Origin: Alphaproteobacteria bacterium
GTDB taxonomy: Bacteria > Pseudomonadota > Alphaproteobacteria > Bin95
Direction of reading: 5' to 3'
Length of the DNA stretch: 64,000 nucleotides
Assembly: GCA_965205265.1 (NCBI GenBank)
Contig: CBDBGH010000003.1
Coordinates: 3,616,001 to 3,680,000, forward strand
Shown: positions 60,214 through 64,000 of the stretch, one piece after another
Layout: each line of letters opens with the position of its first letter
Position numbering within the stretch: position 1 is the stretch's first letter
The notes under the pieces: model-generated
What the model was told of the DNA's origin: nothing
Seen by the model: the letters and a program-made list of their open reading frames with translations, nothing else
Databases searched by the model: none
Program-made: the position numbers and the translations under genes

Positions 60214-61077
60214 TCAGCGCGCCAGCATGGCGGCCCAGTTGGCGTAGAAGCGCTCGCCGGCGGCGCGCCAGCGGTCTCCGGGCGGTCGAGCGGGATCGTC
60301 GCCGGGATAGTAGTCCCGCGGCACCGGCACGTCGTCGCGGCGGCCGAGGTCGCGCCGGTATTCGTCGTCCAGGGTCGTCGCCTCGTATTCGAAATGGTTG
60401 AGCGCGTGGACATGGCCGAGCGCCGGCTCCGCCACCGCGCCGACATTGGCCTCGTCGTGGTCGAGCAGCAGGTCGAGGCCCGGCCCGGCCCGCGCCAGGT
60501 CCTCGCGGCGGGTCTCGGTATGGCGCGAGACCGGCATCGCCACCGGCCCTTCCAGCCCGGCGACGGCGGCGCTGCCGGGCGCGGCGATCCGGTGCTCGAA
60601 CACGCCGAAGCGCTTTTCCGTGAGCGTGTGCTTGGGCAGGCCGCGATAGCGGTAAAGCGCCGCCTGCGCCGCCCAGCAGAGCGTGAACAGCGGCGTCTTC
60701 CGGGCGCGCAACCCGTCCAGCAGATGCGCGATCTCCTCCCAGTAATCGACCTCCTCGAAATCGAGCAGCTCGATGGGCGCGCCGGTCAGGATCACGCCGT
60801 CCGCCTCCTCCGCCCTGTCCAGCCCGCCATAGAAGGCGCCCATATGCCCGGGGTCGGCATTCTTGCCCCGGTAGCGCGAGGGAACCGCGAGCGAGAGCGC
60901 AATGTCCGGTCCGGCAAGGCCGAGCTTGCGGGCGATCTGCCGCTCCGTCTTCTGCTTTTCGGGCATGAGGTTGACCAGCAGCACGCGCCGCGCCGGCCGG
61001 TCGTCCGAGAAGAGCGGCACGCCCTCCTCCGCAAGCTCCGCCGCTGCCGGCAGTCCTTCCGCAAGCCGAATGGCCAT
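60214..61077 (-). CDS. metA: homoserine O-acyltransferase (MetA family)
   Basis: VNLMP.K..TE.Q, ILTGAPIE.L.FEEVDYW.E, LCWAAQAALY, PVSRHT, HFEY. Confidence 0.9.
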   Translation of the reverse strand: MAIRLAEGLPAAAELAEEGVPLFSDDRPARRVLLVNLMPEKQKTERQIARKLGLAGPDIALSLAVPSRYRGKNADPGHMGAFYGGLDRAEEADGVILTGAPIELLDFEEVDYWEEIAHLLDGLRARKTPLFTLCWAAQAALYRYRGLPKHTLTEKRFGVFEHRIAAPGSAAVAGLEGPVAMPVSRHTETRREDLARAGPGLDLLLDHDEANVGAVAEPALGHVHALNHFEYEATTLDDEYRRDLGRRDDVPVPRDYYPGDDPARPPGDRWRAAGERFYANWAAMLAR

Positions 61078-61982
61078 CAGCCGCCCTTCCTTTCCGCCCG
61101 GCGCCGCTCGCAGAGCCCGATATAGCCCTCCAGCCGGTCGCCGCCATGCTCCCAGAGCGTGGCGAGGAACCGGTCGGCATCCGGTATCCCGTCCTCCGGG
61201 AACACGTCTGCGGTCTCCAGCGCCAGGCCGTAGCGGGCGAGGCGCTCATAGCGGGGCCGGCGAAAGGCCAGCAGTTCCGGGAAGAGCGGGCGCGCGAAGC
61301 CTACCGGGTCGATGCCCGCGCCGTCTTCGGGCATGCCCTCCAGGCGCGGCATCAGGAAGTCGGGATTGTAGAACAGCGGCTTGGGGTGGGTGCGGGCGCG
61401 CGCCTTCAGTGTCTCCTCGAAGGCGGCGTCGGCGCGGATATAGACAATCAGGCTGTGGGCCGTCAGCCGTTCCAGCACCGGGTCCTCCGGGTCTTCGAGA
61501 TCGACGACCTCGCAGAGCGAGCCGGAGGCGTCGTTGACGAAACTCTCGCAACCGTAGAGCCGCCAGCCCTTGGCGATGAAGTCGGGCACGTCGAGCATCG
61601 ACTGTATCTCGGCGTCCCGGTAAAGCCTCTGGCGGTGGAGGAAGGTCTCCATGTCCAGCCCGCCCGCGGCCGGGTCACCATACATGCCGAGAAAGGTCGA
61701 GACCGGCTCCAGGTTGTCCACGGAGATATTGTGCTCGATATAGATCGAGTCGGAGCGCAGCAGGTCGGCGACGAACCGGTCCGCCATCGACATGATCTTG
61801 AACTTGATGTTGTCGAGGATGTGCTCGGCCAGGTAGCGCGTGCCGATGCGGTAGTCGGCGGAATAGTGGAACCAGTCGGCCGACCGGCGCAGCGAGGTCG
61901 AGAGCACGGTCTTCCCGACGCCCGACATGCCGAGCAGCGTGATCGCGTGGGGGAGCGCCCGGAAAGCCTCGAAACCGCCCAT
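61077..61982 (-). CDS. P-loop ATPase-like conserved protein
   Basis: LLGMSGVGKT, HYSADYRIGTRY, NDASGSLCE, HPKPLFY; coupled to metA. Confidence 0.8.
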   Translation of the reverse strand: MGGFEAFRALPHAITLLGMSGVGKTVLSTSLRRSADWFHYSADYRIGTRYLAEHILDNIKFKIMSMADRFVADLLRSDSIYIEHNISVDNLEPVSTFLGMYGDPAAGGLDMETFLHRQRLYRDAEIQSMLDVPDFIAKGWRLYGCESFVNDASGSLCEVVDLEDPEDPVLERLTAHSLIVYIRADAAFEETLKARARTHPKPLFYNPDFLMPRLEGMPEDGAGIDPVGFARPLFPELLAFRRPRYERLARYGLALETADVFPEDGIPDADRFLATLWEHGGDRLEGYIGLCERRRAERKGG

Positions 61983-61990
61983 GGCCGCCC

Positions 61991-63259
61991 TCACCCGGCA
62001 AGGCGCGGATGCAGCCAGGCGGCGGCCGCAAGCAGGTCGGCGTCCCCGCCCGCCCGGCCGACAAGCTGTACCCCGACCGGCAGGCCGTTGCCGGGCGAGA
62101 ACCCCGGCAATGTGATGCAGGGCACGCCCAGCGTCGTCCAGATGCGGTTGCATTCGGGCGAGCCGGTCCAGCCGAGCCCCTCCGGCGCCTCGCCGGGCGC
62201 AGCCGGGGTGATGAGGACGTCCACGCCGTCGAAGACGCTTTCGAAGGCGGCCCGCGCCGCCTCGCGGATGCCGAGCGCCCAGAGATAGCGTTCGTGGTCC
62301 AAACCGAGGCCGGTTTCGACAATCTGGCGGATGGCCTCGCTCATGTCCTCCCGGTGCGCGCGGTATTCCCAGGCGAGCAGGCGGGCGCCCTCATAGGGCA
62401 TGATGACATCGTGGGCCGCCGGCACCTCGTCGCAGGGAGGCGGCAGTTCCAGGTCCTTCGGCCCTGCCTCCGCCGCTGCGCGCGCCACCTCCATCGCCTC
62501 GGCCGAAGCCGGCTCGACGCAATGCCAGGCCGGGCTCGGGCACATGGCGAACCGCGCCGGGCGCGCCTCGGCCGTCGCAATGGGAATGCCCGCCATGGCC
62601 TGCACGAAGGCGCCTGCATCGGCGACCGTGCGCGCCATGGAGCCCACCGTGTCCAGCGTCTCGGAAATCGGCTTCACGCCCGCGCGCGGCACCGTGCCGA
62701 ATGTGGGCTTGAAGCCGACCGCGCCGCAATAGGAGGCCGGGCGGATCACCGAGCCTGCGGTCTGCGTGCCGATGGCCAGCGGCACCTGCCAGTCCGCGAC
62801 CCCGGCGGCCGAGCCCTGCGAGGAGCCGCCCGGCGTGTGGGCCGGGTCCGCCGGGTTCATGGTCTTGCCCGGATGGCGCATGGCGAACTCGGTCGTCACG
62901 GTCTTGCCGAGCACGACCATGCCGGCGTCCCGCAGCAGCGCCACACATGCCGCGTCCCAGGCCGGGCGGTTGCCGGGCGTGTAGATCGGCGAGCCGTAGC
63001 CGGTCGGCATGTCGTGGGTGTCGATGATGTCCTTGATGCCGGCCGGCACGCCGTGCAGCGCCGAGCGCGGCTCCTCCCGGTCGCGCTGCCTCGCCTCCGC
63101 CAGCGCCGCCTCCGGGTCGAGATGAATCCAGGCGCCGACCGCCGCGTCGCGCGCCTCGATATGCGCGAGGCAGGATTCGACCAGCCCTTCGGATGTCAGG
63201 TCCCCCGCCCGGATGGCGGCGGCGGCGTCGAGGGCGGAGAGGAGATGGGGCTGGGTCAT
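61991..63259 (-). CDS. amidase signature family protein
   Basis: GIKD, GKTVTTEFA, PGGSSQGS, GTQTAGSVIRPA. Confidence 0.92.
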   Translation of the reverse strand: MTQPHLLSALDAAAAIRAGDLTSEGLVESCLAHIEARDAAVGAWIHLDPEAALAEARQRDREEPRSALHGVPAGIKDIIDTHDMPTGYGSPIYTPGNRPAWDAACVALLRDAGMVVLGKTVTTEFAMRHPGKTMNPADPAHTPGGSSQGSAAGVADWQVPLAIGTQTAGSVIRPASYCGAVGFKPTFGTVPRAGVKPISETLDTVGSMARTVADAGAFVQAMAGIPIATAEARPARFAMCPSPAWHCVEPASAEAMEVARAAAEAGPKDLELPPPCDEVPAAHDVIMPYEGARLLAWEYRAHREDMSEAIRQIVETGLGLDHERYLWALGIREAARAAFESVFDGVDVLITPAAPGEAPEGLGWTGSPECNRIWTTLGVPCITLPGFSPGNGLPVGVQLVGRAGGDADLLAAAAWLHPRLAG

Positions 63260-64000
63260 GCTTGCCTCGCGAAACTGCGGCCGATGAGTTGGCGGTGGAT
63301 CTGGTTGGTCCCTTCCCAGATCTGGGTGATCTTGGCGTCGCGCAGCAGCCGTTCGGCGCGATACGCCCTGATATAGCCGTAACCGCCGTGAAGCTGCACG
63401 CACATATCGGCGGCCTTCATGGCGAGGTCGGAGGCGGAGAGCTTGGCCATGGAGGCCTCAATGCCGATATCGTCGAGCCCCTCGTCCACGAGCCCCGCGA
63501 CATAGCCGAGCCAGAGCTCGGCCTGGGCGAGTTCGGTGGCGAGGTCGGCCAGCATGAACTGGATGCCCTGGAAATCCGCGATCCGCCGGCCCGACTGGCG
63601 GCGCTGGCCGATATAGTCCACGGCGTCGCCGAAGGCGGCGCGCGCAATGCCGAGCGCATGGGCGGCGATGGAGGGCCTGGACTTGTTGAGCGCGCCGAAC
63701 AGCACCTTGAGCCCCTCACCCGGCCCGAGCACCAGGTTGGCGCGCGGCACGCGCACGCCCTCGAAGGCAAGCGCGGCGGTGGAGCTGGCGCGCAGGCCCA
63801 ACTTGTCCTCCAGCCTGAGCACGCTTATACCGGGAGCCTCCTTCTCCACCGCGAGCGCCGTGATCGCCGCGCGCCCGTCCTCGATTTCCGCCCATTTGCC
63901 GAACAGCAGATAGACGTCCGCCACGTCTCCGTTGGTGATAAAGGTCTTGGTCCCGTCGATGACGATGTCGCCGCCGTCCGGGCGGAAGCGGGTGCGCATG
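63256..64000 (-). CDS. acyl-CoA dehydrogenase, partial (5' end outside the window)
   Basis: GTKTFITNG, KLG.RAS, FQGIQFMLAD, QLHGGYGY, RDAKITQIWEGTNQI. Confidence 0.93.
   Translation of the reverse strand, partial: MRTRFRPDGGDIVIDGTKTFITNGDVADVYLLFGKWAEIEDGRAAITALAVEKEAPGISVLRLEDKLGLRASSTAALAFEGVRVPRANLVLGPGEGLKVLFGALNKSRPSIAAHALGIARAAFGDAVDYIGQRRQSGRRIADFQGIQFMLADLATELAQAELWLGYVAGLVDEGLDDIGIEASMAKLSASDLAMKAADMCVQLHGGYGYIRAYRAERLLRDAKITQIWEGTNQIHRQLIGRSFARQA

Overview
High-GC window from what looks like an alphaproteobacterium; gene content and the REP repeats suggest a Rhodospirillales-like, possibly invertebrate-associated organism (inference). Housekeeping or metabolic genes lie at both ends. 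Left, 1-5931: qor-like gene, amidohydrolase, epmA, VOC protein, a REP/MITE cluster and a 2-hydroxyacid dehydrogenase. Right, 42913-64000: branched-chain-type ABC transporter, RidA, DUF1028, MetE-II, class III aminotransferase, SDR, a complete bufferin (DUF2282/DUF692/DUF2063/DoxX) RiPP cluster, degraded TA loci, IS1634, GST, metA, amidase and acyl-CoA dehydrogenase. Between them (~6.1-42.9 kb) is a mosaic accessory island with IS66, IS21, a Zn-finger transposase-like gene and many gene scars. Main highlight (35077-38826): a tightly coupled six-gene ubiquitination-like operon made of a 64-aa acidic peptide with LGG motifs and no evident beta-grasp fold, an E2, a Phd-E2 fusion, an E1 lacking the usual catalytic Cys, a JAB protease and an MBL hydrolase. 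It is flanked by a patatin and a divergent PD-(D/E)xK nuclease, with no cyclase and no canonical Ubl. Other highlights: a hidden selenoprotein (UGSC family, in-frame TGA plus SECIS-like hairpin, 28700-30430); a (Gly-Asp)23/CFI-box-CTERM secreted protein co-transcribed with a polyprenyl synthase and a methyltransferase; and a PliI i-type lysozyme inhibitor. All family calls come from motif recognition by eye; no database searches were run.
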